A DNA stretch of 64,000 nt from Octopus sinensis (taxonomy: Eukaryota): the NCBI RefSeq assembly GCF_006345805.1, contig NC_043006.1, positions 5,332,001 to 5,396,000 on the forward strand, read 5' to 3'. How positions within the stretch are numbered: position 1 is the first letter of the stretch; each line of letters starts with the position of its first letter. The notes under the pieces are model-generated. The model was not told where the DNA came from, did not search any database, and saw only the letters and a list, made by a program, of their open reading frames with translations. Below are positions 40,131-52,386 of the stretch, piece by piece. Made by a program: the position numbers and the translations under genes.

Positions 40131-41154
40131 TGCCTGTGCAATTTATTTTTATTAACATAATATAACCGCACGGTGACTTTCCAGACGCCTCCCCTCCCCT
40201 GAGTGTGTGTATTCGTGTGTTAGTTAGTTAGTTAATTTGGCTCAAAAGCAAATAGCAAGGCCATTGAGTGCCTTGAAAAACATCATGAACTCGCTTGAAG
40301 GTAATTGGTATATGAGGGATTTTTAACCAGATTGTTGTTACTCTCGTATCCTTCATATTCAAATATTTCTTTCAGACTAATCTATACATTTCTTTGGCAA
40401 TAAATATTTCGAACCTTTTTTAATTTTTTAATGATCCTTGCTTTCATACCTGGAACTCTCTAAAATGATTTCGCTGAAGTACATTGAGCATTCTTTTGGG
40501 GAGGAGTGTTTCAAAGACCGAATATATCAAATCAACCACCTTTACATTCGTTACCCCTACACTAGGTACAACTGTGTGCTGGAGGGCATTTAGAATTGCT
40601 AAATTTAATATATAACGTGGCGCTATGGTTTTAGACGTATCTCTTACGAAAATGCACTTTTCTCTGTTTTTTCTGTCCGTATTTCTTTTATAAGTGTTCC
40701 CATCTCCCGCGGCTTGGAGGAAACGAATACCAGTAATGTCATCGGCTCATCTAAACTATATAATATCTGCAATAATTGTAATGTCAAATGAATTTGATAA
40801 ATGAAAATATGTTGATATTGTACGACAGTGCGTTCATATGTTTGCATATAAGTTCAAATATTTTTTGACAATAGTAGAGATGAAATATTTGTACAAGAAC
40901 TGATTTCAAGAAAACAGTGTTTCCAATTCTGTTGTGTCTAGGGAGAGTCATTCTCTTTTAGTGCCTTATAATTTAACATACTCACCGGTAAAATTTCCAC
41001 CTGTGCCTTTTTTTTGTATTTTTCTAATTATGTTTCCAATTCTTATTTTCAAATTAATCTCTGGCATCCATTCTCCGCCTTGAACTCGCCCATTCTCTGT
41101 TTATCTGTCTGACTGTCTTCTTCTCACTATGTACATAGCTACGTAACTACGTGC

Positions 41155-41198
<44 letters not shown>

Positions 41199-41220
41199 CT
41201 CTCTTTCTCTCTCTCTCTCC

Positions 41221-41280
<60 letters not shown>

Positions 41281-41574
41281 GTAATTCAAATAGAAGTTAT
41301 GTTGGTCTCATTAAGGGATTGTATCATCCAAGGAACTGCTGGTTCAATACCTAGTATTTTGTGGGGAGGTTAGTATCCATAAAATAATATATATAAACCA
41401 TACTTTATAATCGTGCAAATGAAGAATAGGAAACTAGATATTTAAATTAATAAGAGATTATTATCAGTAAAAAATCTATAAAGGATAATGATTAAATTTT
41501 TGCTGATAATAAACTTAAATATCTCCATTTTCTTATTCTTCATTTATATGTATATATGTATGTATATATGTGTG

Positions 41575-41606
<32 letters not shown>

Positions 41607-41907
41607 AGTGTGTGTGTGAGTGTGTGTGTGTGTGTCTGTGTGTGTCTGTGTGTGTCTGTGTGTGTGTGTGCGCGCGTGTGTATATATATATATATCTGTT
41701 TGTGTGTGTCTGTCTGTCCCCTCACCACCGCTTGACAACCAAATTTACTGTATTTGCATCCCCGTTACTTAGCGATTCGGTAAAAGACCGAGAGAATAAG
41801 TCTCAGGCTATAAAAAAGAGAAGTTCTGGAATCGATTCATTCGATTAAAACAAAAAAGAAATTCAAAGTAGTGCCCCAGAATAGCTGCAGTCCAATGACA
41901 ATAAAAG

Positions 41908-41940
<33 letters not shown>

Positions 41941-42060
41941 ACAATTTAGGAATGGCCTAAACAGGCCATTCTTCCACCAGAAAGAGCAGCCAGAACTCCA
42001 ACCGCCAAGTAGTGTAATTCGGAAATAAGGTGAAAATTTAAAAACATTTACCCTAATTCA

Positions 42061-42160
42061 TCTTTTATACGATGCATCGTTTCAGTGTCTTTAATGATAG
42101 ACCAGCTTAATTAAATTAAATTAAGCTAGTCTACCATAGGTCACACTTCATCAGTAAAGA
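42061..42160 (-). ncRNA. Type-I hammerhead ribozyme with a canonical core
   Basis: ttta-CTGATGA-AGTGT[long hairpin]ACACT-GAA-ACGATGCATCGT-A^taaa. Predicted GUA cleavage between 42068 and 42067. Confidence 0.75.
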
Positions 42161-42676
42161 AACCTGGGAGAGACGGATATACACGAGGCGACTGTATCAA
42201 TGCCTCGGGAATATCTGTCTTAAAATTTTCAAGACCAACGCATTCGCGCCAAACTTATCGGCAGCAAATATAAACTGCCGATTCAATCTCAGAATTAGTC
42301 AGAAAATTATCAATTAATCAATTTAGGGTAGCAAAAAATTCAGTAAAAATTTATCGCTACCAGCGATATATATATATATATATATATATCATGATAGATC
42401 GCTAGTCACTACACATTCTTTATTTTCTCTCCTTGTTCCTTTCTGTGGAAGAGCGTAGGCTCGAAATGTTAAAGACTTTTTCACTTCCCGAGTGTTAAAC
42501 TAATACAGCTGTTTATTGTCTACACCACCTGTCTTCGTCTTTGTTTTTTTTTTGTGAATTCTCCACATAATATATATATATATATATATATATATAAAGA
42601 TATATACACATATACCTACAGATATATATATATATCTACATATCATTGTATACATAATGCATACATACATGCATAC

Positions 42677-42721
<45 letters not shown>

Positions 42722-42857
42722 ATATAAGTTCAGCAAAATTTAGATTCAGATGAATATGGACTTAAGTTAAAGGCACCAGAATTTTGTATTGTATTATCCA
42801 TATAAATCAAATGGAGAGATTATAATCAAAATAAGCAACAATGATATCCAAGGTAGA

Positions 42858-42943
42858 GTAGTACAATTGTTTCATGCTACTTCATTTTATTAAACACTGT
42901 AAGTATTACATCAGTTTTAAAATGTCGAGCAATCTTCAGCCAC
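42858..42943 (-). ncRNA. Type-I hammerhead ribozyme with a canonical core
   Basis: gtgg-CTGAAGA-tTGCT...AGCAt-GAAA-CAATTG-TA^ctac. Palindromic stem III ACAAUUGU; U-U at the base of stem II. Confidence 0.65.
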
Positions 42944-43081
42944 ATATAGAATTTTACAATTAAAGGGACAATGCACATTCTTATCCCTGTTTCATTTGCC
43001 AACATTATAAATAGGCTAGATATATAGACAGAGAGGTTGATTTCATTCTTAAGAACATGATAGTAATATGTTCACTCTCTG

Positions 43082-43141
<60 letters not shown>

Positions 43142-43178
43142 ATTATATATATATATGTATAATATATATATTGATATG

Positions 43179-43221
<43 letters not shown>

Positions 43222-43718
43222 ATATATACATCTATATAGATATATATTTCTATATAATATTTACGCATATAGGGGCAGGGCTGCCTCTGTGGTAAGAAGT
43301 TTACTTCAGCGTTTAATCCCACTGCGTCTGCTACTGTAACCCTGGGCCAACTTTGTGAGTGGATTCGGTAGATGGAAACTGAAAGAAGCCCGTCCTATAT
43401 GTAAATGTGTGTATGCATGCGGGTGCCTGCGCGCCCGATGTGTATGCGTGTGTGTCTGCGTGTATGCCTTTGGATCTGTCTTTCTTTCCCCTCCAGCCGG
43501 CTGGCAACGAATGTTACTGCATTTACGTTCCCGTAACCTAGCGATTCGGCAAAAGAAGCGATAGAATACGTTAAAAAAAAATTAGTGCAGTGATCGATTC
43601 ATTCGACTGGAAAAATAATTTTTAAGGTATGGCCGGAGTCTAGAGACTGAAAGATAAACGGTTACATATATATACATCTACACACACACGCACACACACA
43701 CACACATATAGATATGTA

Positions 43719-43755
<37 letters not shown>

Positions 43756-44089
43756 TCATAAGTACTACATACTTACATATATATATATATGTACGTATGT
43801 ATGTATGTATGTATATATGTATGTATGTATATATATATATATGTATATATATACATATACATACATATATGTATACACACACACACACATACACTTACAC
43901 ACACACACGTGCCTGTTTGTTTGTCTATTTGCTTATCGGTTCATCTGTGTCTGTGTTTTTCGGTGACTATATCATGATTCTGTCTGTGATTCTATATTAG
44001 AGAACAATCAATGCTGCTGATTGCGACGTTATGCGGCTATCGAAGGAAACAGAGAGGCAGGGAGATGGATAATGAGAGGGGGAGAACGA

Positions 44090-44170
44090 AACCCGCCCAC
44101 GTGGCTAGCGACACGTGTGACCCTACTCCCGAGCGTATCCCAACAGCTCCAGGGTCGTTCAGTCACGTGG
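44090..44170 (+). promoter_or_regulatory. Putative upstream regulatory cluster of the bHLH gene: GC box and three CACGTG E-boxes
   Basis: cccgccc at 44092-44098; CACGTG at 44098, 44112 and 44164. Non-repetitive island 0.8-0.9 kb upstream of the ATG. Confidence 0.5.
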
Positions 44171-44309
44171 ATGTCCTTCACATTATTTATTCTTTTCCGT
44201 TTCTTTGGAGGAAAAAAATTCTTTTTCGGAAGGGACACAGCGGTCGAATACTAGACACCCGGTGTGAAATAGGAAATCCGAAATATCTAGAACCACAGAC
44301 GTAAAATAT

Positions 44310-44444
44310 GAAGAAGAAGAAGAAGAAGAAGAAGAAGAAGAAGAAGAAGAAGAAGAAGAAGAAGAAGAAGAAGAAGAAGAAGAAGAAGAAGAAGAAGAAG
44401 AAGAAGAAGAAGAAGAAGAAGAAGAAGAAGAAGAAGAAGAAGAA
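44310..44444 (+). repeat. Pure (GAA)45 triplet repeat
   Basis: Uninterrupted GAA from 44310 to 44444. Confidence 0.97.
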
Positions 44445-44979
44445 GATGAAGATGAGTAAGAAAAGAAAGAAAGAGGTGGGAGAACAAATGAATGCAGCCG
44501 CAGCACCGAGATTTCTCTATAAATATCAACGGATTAGTGGTTCACAAAATTTATTGAAGTCGATCATACAGCTGACAGTGTCAGTCTCTTCTCGCATAAC
44601 TTCTTAATTCTTTTTTAGCAATCAGATTAAATTTTTTTTTATCCATAGATCTTTATCTAATGCCATTTTCTACCCTTGATAAATTTTTAATTTCGTATTT
44701 ATTAAAATTTAAAACCTTGAGGAAAAGCATTATTCTAGCAGAAAATAATTTATTCCAAACAAACTTCAAAGTAATGTTTTTTGTTTTCACATTAGTTCAG
44801 TGACTAATTTCAACAACCTTCGCCGCAGAATTTTTAGTAAATTCTTCACAGTAATTCTCCTTTTAGTAAATTCTCCACAGGAAACATCTGTAAAAGGCTG
44901 CCTATTAAAAGTTCCTTTATCAGCTGATCGTTAACTTGATACCAAAATGTACCTACATTAAGAAAAAGTCAGTAAAGCA

Positions 44980-46974
44980 ATGACATCGACTGTCATGCCA
45001 CCTTTGGGTGCTCTTTTTACTACATTTCAATTTAACCGTGAACTTTGGCAGGAAAGTAACTCTATAGTAGATGTTTATGGATCAGAGTTCGAATATGATG
45101 CAAGAAAATTCTCCTCCGATATTCAGTTACCCGAAGAAGAAGCGAGTAGCAGCAGTAGCGGGAATGTAGGGATGGACGATGAAATGACGGAAATTCTTTG
45201 CATAGATACTGGTAGAGATACTGTTGACAATGATGGCTGCAGTTACAGCAGCGACCCCCGCCCATCACAACGGCGGCAGTGGTGCAGACGGCTGCAGCGA
45301 CAGCAGCGAACTAGTCGAAAGCCTTATTTCTTTATATCACGCAACTATGTCTGCGACCAGCGACAGAACCCGCGTGCAGACGGAGACGAAGTGGATAGAG
45401 AGTGTCAGCAGAAAACAGAGCAGCAAAGCCTCCACCTGCATCCACACCAACATGATGAGAGCGAGAAATTGGCGGCATCAGTGTATTTGCATGTGGAGCT
45501 AAATCAACCCCAGAGGTACCAGCAACAAGACAACGGCCCTGAATGTGTTCATCAGGATCTTTCACATTGTTCTTCCCATAATGTAAACGGCCTGCGACGG
45601 CAACGACACCAACAACAGCATCAACACCTCCACCAACAATTGCAGCATAATCAAAAACAGCAACAACAACAACAACAACCATTGCAGCAAGAGAAAACAG
45701 ACAGAACTGACAATTGCAACCATACGGCTTACCATAGTGAGGTCTGCAATACGAAAGTGATAATCTTAATTATCCTAAAAAATTAAATCAACATCAAGAT
45801 CTGCACCAAGAACAAGAAAACGAACTTTCTCCATGGCACTCTCAATATTTGGACAGTGAACTCAGTCAGGATACAAAAAGCACTGATACTGTAGAAAATA
45901 TTTTAACAGCCAGTATTATTTCGGATTACGCCAGTTTGCTGTTAGAATCGCCAGAGTGTAGACTGCAACCTTCAAAGCAAAAATACCTCGTAAAGGCAGT
46001 TGATAAAAGTAAGAATTCAAATACAGAAGCGAAGAAGAAGAAAAAGAAGAAAGACGAGGAAGTGGAAGGAGGTAATTTCTTTCTGTCGAATTCTTACTAT
46101 AATCTAGAGTTATCGCAAAACAGGGTTAGCCCATGTCCTTCTAATATAGAAGTGGCGAAAGAGGAACTGCCTACAAATGATTATATGTACCCAACTACTA
46201 ACTTCGAAGAAGGAACAAAAGAGCAAGTGAACTCGTACAGTAACCAAACAATCTCAAACGAAAACAGCAACCAGGATTCAACTCACCAATACCATTACTA
46301 TCTTCCTCATTGTTCATCTAGCGAGCACTGCAACCAAGAATCACCGCTAACGCCATCTGTTACATCGTCTAATCTTTCTTCATCCTTCCATCTTCACCCT
46401 AACCACCAATCACATCTCAAACTAGATTGTGAGAGAGAGGAACAGGCAGTAGTGAATGCAACCCAAAGTGGTCACTTCCATTCTTCTCTTCTGCAAAGCT
46501 GCAGCAACAGCCGTACACATATGTGTGCAGGGGGTGTTTATTGTCAATCAGAAGGGGTAAGTGTAAGCTCTGGAGCAGAAGGACGAGGAGTAAGAGTAGG
46601 AGGAATAGGACTTAGCGGAGTGGGCTGTGCATCCATGTCTGAGATAGGGGGCGGCGTTAGTTGTGAAGAGACGAGCTCTAGAAAGCGCCGTTGCCTCACC
46701 CCGAACCCATATCAAATACAGAGGCATGCAGCTAACATCAGAGAGAGGAAAAGAATGTTGAGTATCAACTCTGCCTTTGAAGAACTCCGTTGTCATGTTC
46801 CGACATTCCCGTACGAGAAACGGCTTTCCAAGATTGACACTTTACGTTTGGCTATTGCTTATATTGCCCTGCTCAGGGAAATTCTTATGTCAGGGGCCGA
46901 TCCCCTTGAATATGTTGAAAACTCGCTCCGACAGGGAACTGGCAGCAAGATGAAAGCTGTATGGAACACAAGTG
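44980..46974 (+). CDS. Fer2: Exon 1 of a Fer2/HLH-13-type (48-related, PTF1a-like) bHLH transcription factor, with an apparent 1-nt frameshift near 45741
   Basis: b[59 protein letters not shown] at ~46719-46886, then WNTS. The bHLH frame is open from 45741. The upstream ORF 44980-45786 is in the adjacent frame and has similar Q/H/S-rich composition. Confidence 0.85.
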
Positions 46975-46980
46975 GTACGT
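46972..46980 (+). other. Phase-1 splice donor ending exon 1 (gtg|GTACGT, intron starts 46975)
   Basis: Similarity stops at WNTS, where the family continues DLTARLSW (recalled). The sequence turns AT-rich right after. Confidence 0.75.
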
Positions 46981-48045
46981 ATACTCTTTTGCTTATCTAC
47001 TCTGGCTACTTTATTGTAAATTTTCTTTAAAATATGGACCAATCTGAATATTAGATATATGTATTGCAGCAACATCAAATATATACACTGTAGCAACGTG
47101 AAATACAAACACTAATATATACCACTATTAAATACATACACTCTCTCAAGCGTAAATATATATACTCTTTCAAACTTACATGAATAACAAACTAACATAA
47201 AGCGTATACTGTATTATATATCAATGTAAGATGCCTGCAATCTACAAACATTAGCTCTACCATTTCTGTACTTAGAACATTACAGCATTGTACACTCTTT
47301 AACAATATCAGTAATATTTAAGATACACGGATAAATATTGCATAGTCCTCTAAAAGATATTTATGATATTAGTTTTTGTCATTATATTGATAAAACAACA
47401 AATATTAGATTTTATAACAAAATAGAAAAGTATTTCTGTTTTCATGCATAACGAGGCATGTATCTGTAAGTACGTGTATATAGATACACAAAAACATACA
47501 TACATACATACATACATACATACATGCAGACATACATGCATACATACATGCATACATACATACATACATACATGCAGACATACATGCATACATACATACA
47601 TACATATATATATATACATACATACATATATATATACATACATACATACATAATACATACATGCAAACATACATACATACATACATGCAGACATACATAC
47701 ATACATACATGCATACATACATACATACATACATACATACATACATGCATACACACACACACACACGTGTTATTAATGATTTTTAATTTAAGAGAATCTT
47801 CAAATCTTGTGACTGCATCAAACATTTATTTAAAAAAAACTTTATGTATATTTATGTGTGTGCCTATGACCTTGCGTGTATATATGTATGTATGTATGTA
47901 TGTATTATGTATGTATGTATGTATGTATGTATGTATGTATGTATGTATGTATGTATGTATGCATGCTATGTATGTATGTATATTTGTACGATCAAACAAA
48001 CTCGAAAGAGCTTGCTATTGGCCTACGTCGGCAACACTTCTATCA

Positions 48046-48089
<44 letters not shown>

Positions 48090-48270
48090 TACCGTAACTT
48101 AATCATTAGAATATGATTTAGCGACACAGACGTGTCTTGGGACGAAAAGTATTTTGTAGAACTCATTGGGTTTTTTATGCAACATATTCGCTGTGAAGAA
48201 CTCTGAATTATTTCTTACAAGTATAGGACTCATCTATCTCATTTTCATTCTTTCTTTCTGTCTGTCTCTG

Positions 48271-48308
<38 letters not shown>

Positions 48309-49109
48309 TTTCTCTCATTCTTATTCTCTTTCTTACTCCCGATACTTCCCACTTACTTTCATATCATGCAAGGTGTTTAATACTGTAGTCCTACCTTTCT
48401 GTAAATCAGCTACTTTTATTACCTGTTAATGAAGTAACGCTTTTCATTTTTCCAGTCTACGTTCCCGTTTCAAATCGTCCAATAGCTATTATCCTATCTT
48501 GTCCCATAATGGTGAATTCATTCTCTCCATATGTTGGAGTCAGCGTGTCACCAACTTGGCGCATCATTTACAGATGAGCAGTTTTTGTGCTCGCGTAAGA
48601 AACTGTTGATTTTACATCTGAAATGAGTTCTATGCGGGATAAAGACTGCAATAGTACGAAGATAAAGGATGGTTTCATGAGATATAACATATCAAATACT
48701 CCTTTAAGTAGAACTAGAACTCCCACTTATACCTGTTTTCATTCTGCTCTGCATACCAAAACCTACCTCTTTATATATATTCATACAAAATATGCGCAGG
48801 AATAAAGTGTATGAAAATATGTTATATGCATATATATATATATAACCAGTGTTATTCAAACGATGAATAGCTAACGCAAAAACCAATTGGTTAGTTTCAG
48901 TCTCTTACCTTATTATTATTATTATTAACTTCTTATAATCATCAATAATAATGACCTTTTTGACTCGTAATACTCTAAATGTATATTTTTGTCACTAACT
49001 ATCATAAATAGTCTTTTTATATCTGCAATATGCATTTTAGTTGACTTTTCTTATTTTACCCTTACACTTCCACGTGTATTTTATATTTTTTTTCAAAACA
49101 TATTTCTAC

Positions 49110-49155
<46 letters not shown>

Positions 49156-49163
49156 CATGTATG

Positions 49164-49203
<40 letters not shown>

Positions 49204-49677
49204 CATACACACGTATACGTGCACATACACACATATATACAGATACATTCATACATACGTACATACTCTCACAAATTGAGTTAAATGATATTATTGGAAT
49301 TATCCGTGTATTTTGTGGTTTACAATCTTTAAACAGAAACTTCGGGAGGTTTTATCTGCTATTTGCATGCAAAATCGCTGCTAATCAAACTTTTTCACTT
49401 CGACATATAACATGTCTGAAATATTTACATACTTATATACTGTATGAGAAACAAAAGCACTTCTTAGAGACATTTTTCCTCAACCTTAATATGTCAATAT
49501 ACACACATATACATATATGCATACACACACATACACACACACGTACGCATACACACACGGATACACACACACATATTCATATAAATACATATACACATAT
49601 ACATATATATACACATAAATATGTGTGCATACATATACATACACACACACACATATATGTACATACATATATACATG

Positions 49678-49710
<33 letters not shown>

Positions 49711-49749
49711 ATATATATAATATATATATATAATATATATCTATACATG

Positions 49750-49781
<32 letters not shown>

Positions 49782-50450
49782 CGTACGCGTGTATGTATGA
49801 ATGTATGCATGTATGTATACATTGCATTCTCAAGCGTGCTTTTTGCACCAAAAGCCAGCATGAGAATTTCTCTCATGGTATCTACCTTAGTAAATTTTGT
49901 TCTGACAGAACATCGACGTTTAACTGCGGATAAATATTACCTTTCGACATACATGCATACATACATGTGTGTGTGTGTTGTGTGTGTGTGTGGTGTGTGT
50001 GTGTGTGTGTATGTGTGTGTGTGTATGTGTGTGCCTGTGTGTCAAGTAGTCACTTAACCGAAATAAATATTAGCCACAATTAAGCGTTGACGGCCTAGTA
50101 ACTTACTATTGTATTGCGTTTACATATATATATATATATATAGCATGAATGATCGCTACATCCACAAGTTTTTTTATTCTCTCTCTATTTATTTCCTCAT
50201 ATTCCTTTCTGTCGAAGAGCGTAGGCTCGAAACGTAAAAGACTTTTTCACTTTCCCAAGCATCAAACTAATACACCTGCTTGTTGTTCATACATCTGTCT
50301 TTTGTTTTTCTGTAAAGTTCAACTATATATATATATATATATATGAATATATATATATATACACATATATATATGTGTTATATATGCTTTATATACACAT
50401 ATCATATATATGTATATATGTATATATATACATGTATATAATATATATAT

Positions 50451-50488
<38 letters not shown>

Positions 50489-50553
50489 GTCCCGGGTTGA
50501 TTCGGGGTTAACCACAGTAAATAAGGTACTCAATACATAGCAGAGTAAAATTA

Positions 50554-50694
50554 ATTTATTATATAGAAGGAGCTTCTACAGGACTAGAACTGTTTCATTC
50601 AAGAGAAATCATCAGGAAGCGCATGATACTTCCTGATGATTTCTCTTGAATGAAACAGTTCTAGTCCTGTAGAAGCTCCTTCTATATAATAAAT
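50554..50694. repeat. Perfect 66-bp inverted repeat (9-nt spacer) of a PLE-type terminus; each arm carries a hammerhead fold
   Basis: Arms 50554-50619 and 50629-50694. Plus arm: cttc-CTGATGA-tttctcttgaat-GAAA-CAG ttctagtc CTG-TA^gaag. Confidence 0.9.
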
Positions 50695-50772
50695 ATATAT
50701 ATATATATATATATTAACCATGTGTGTATAAATGTAAACAGGCAATTATTTTTATTATAAGCGTTAAAATGT

Positions 50773-51063
50773 GTATTGTACGATGCAAATAAGGTGATAT
50801 TTTTTCGAACGCAGAGTTGCCGTTAGAACACCAGAAATACTGGGTAAATCACCTTTACAAGGCGGAAAATTTTTTCATCAATTAGTGGCTTACCTCAATG
50901 GTTAAGCACTTAGGTGGAGTCTTTAAAGGATATGGGTTCGCGTCCCATGGCTAATGGTTGACAAATTTCTCCGCCTTGTAAGGCTAATTTACTCAATATT
51001 TCTGCTTTTGTAATGGCAACTCTGCGTTCGAAAAAATATCATTTTATTTGTATCATACAATAT
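50773..51063. mobile_element. Foldback/MITE-like element with ~110-bp imperfect arms around a tRNA-like core
   Basis: Arms at ~50773-50885 and ~50951-51063. The core has a T-arm atggg-ttcgcgt-cccat. Confidence 0.7.
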
Positions 51064-51084
51064 ATATAAGAAAGCATCTTATTT

Positions 51085-51445
51085 TGTTCATCATCCTTTA
51101 GATCTTAAGAAGGTTTTGCAGATTTTTATTGTCCATGATACCGTGATCATTTGTACAGTATGAATTATAGACTTGAATTCCCTCTCCATTATACCAAGTT
51201 CGGCCATATTTCCCTCCAGACCGATTGGTATGTATTCTGTTCCTCCAACAATAACAGGTATGAGAATGAAAGTGTATCTCGGGTACTGGATTTGCAAACT
51301 CCTTATTAATGCTTCATAAATGACCTCTGACTCTTGTAGTTTCCGAACCACATTAGTGTCTCGAGGGCAGCTAAGTGCCGCAACAGAACATATCTTCTCA
51401 TTATGATCCCACACAACAATATCTGGTCGGCTGTGTTTTAACTTG
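51085..51445 (-). mobile_element. R4/Dong-clade RLE C-terminal fragment
   Basis: RPDIVVWDHNEKICSVAALSCPRDTNV...YPRYTFILIPVIVGG. Confidence 0.7.
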
Positions 51446-51634
51446 GTATTCTTCGTCTATAGTGACATATATGCATGTATGTATGTATGTATTATGAATG
51501 TGTATGTATATATATATATATATATACATACACATACATACATACATACATTTAGATAGATAGATAGATGTAAATATATATGTATGTATGTGTCTTTATA
51601 TATACGCATATATTATACACAAATACACAAACAT

Positions 51635-51665
<31 letters not shown>

Positions 51666-51742
51666 CATAGACACTCAAAATCACACACAAAAAATATATA
51701 TGCATTCATAATATATATACATATAAATACATACATGAATAT

Positions 51743-51816
<74 letters not shown>

Positions 51817-52029
51817 ATATAACCTATACATATTTACTTACATATACAAATAGAAATGTGTATATGTGTGCGGCGCTAGTGTATGTATGTGATAAAATAT
51901 CGTATAAATAATGTACTGGACAACGAGTGTCGATTTAACGCCTTTCCTCAAAATTGTTAACCTTGTGCCTAAAGAAGAAATTATTATTATTATTATTATT
52001 AATATTATTATTATTATTATTATTATTAT

Positions 52030-52370
52030 CATTATTATTTTTTTCTTCTTTCAAATTTGCTTCCATTTCTTGCCGAGTGTCTTCCCGACTCCTAGGGCAA
52101 AGAAACTCATAGTATACATTGGTAGGCCATTAAACCAAACTCAATAGTTCGTTCATTTTTTTTTTTATTTTTTTTTTTAAGTTAAATTAAAATACATGAG
52201 CAGCAACAGTTCTCACATCGACAATGCTCTTCTCAATACGTGTGATGTACCAGTTAAGACAATCTTTTGCACTTCTTGCAGGGATGGTAAGCCAGGGATC
52301 ATTGAACTAGCCATATCTAACCTCTCACTCCTAACCTACATTGACATTCTAAAAATAAGCAATCACATCA
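52030..52370 (-). mobile_element. Dong-like 3' fragment embedded in (TAA)n
   Basis: IPGLPSLQEVQKIVLTGTSHVLRRALSM* plus 3' UTR, with (ATT)n tracts on both sides. Confidence 0.7.
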
Positions 52371-52386
52371 TCATTATTATTATTAA

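Noticed and set aside
42061-42943. Two same-strand hammerheads as the LTR pair of a classical retrozyme
   Set aside because: They share no sequence beyond the core, and microsatellites and another repeat lie between them. They are not direct repeats.
44183-44607. Poly-Lys, poly-Ser and poly-Leu ORFs as genes
   Set aside because: All are frames of the (GAA)45 repeat. Kept only as a possible uORF.
45784-45890. A-to-I readthrough of the TAA ending ORF 44980
   Set aside because: The same frame hits another stop about 30 codons later and never joins the bHLH frame.
48560-48630. Candidate Fer2 exon 2 after tttacag (DEQFLCSRK...)
   Set aside because: The phase fits but there is no similarity to the expected DLTARLSW motif.
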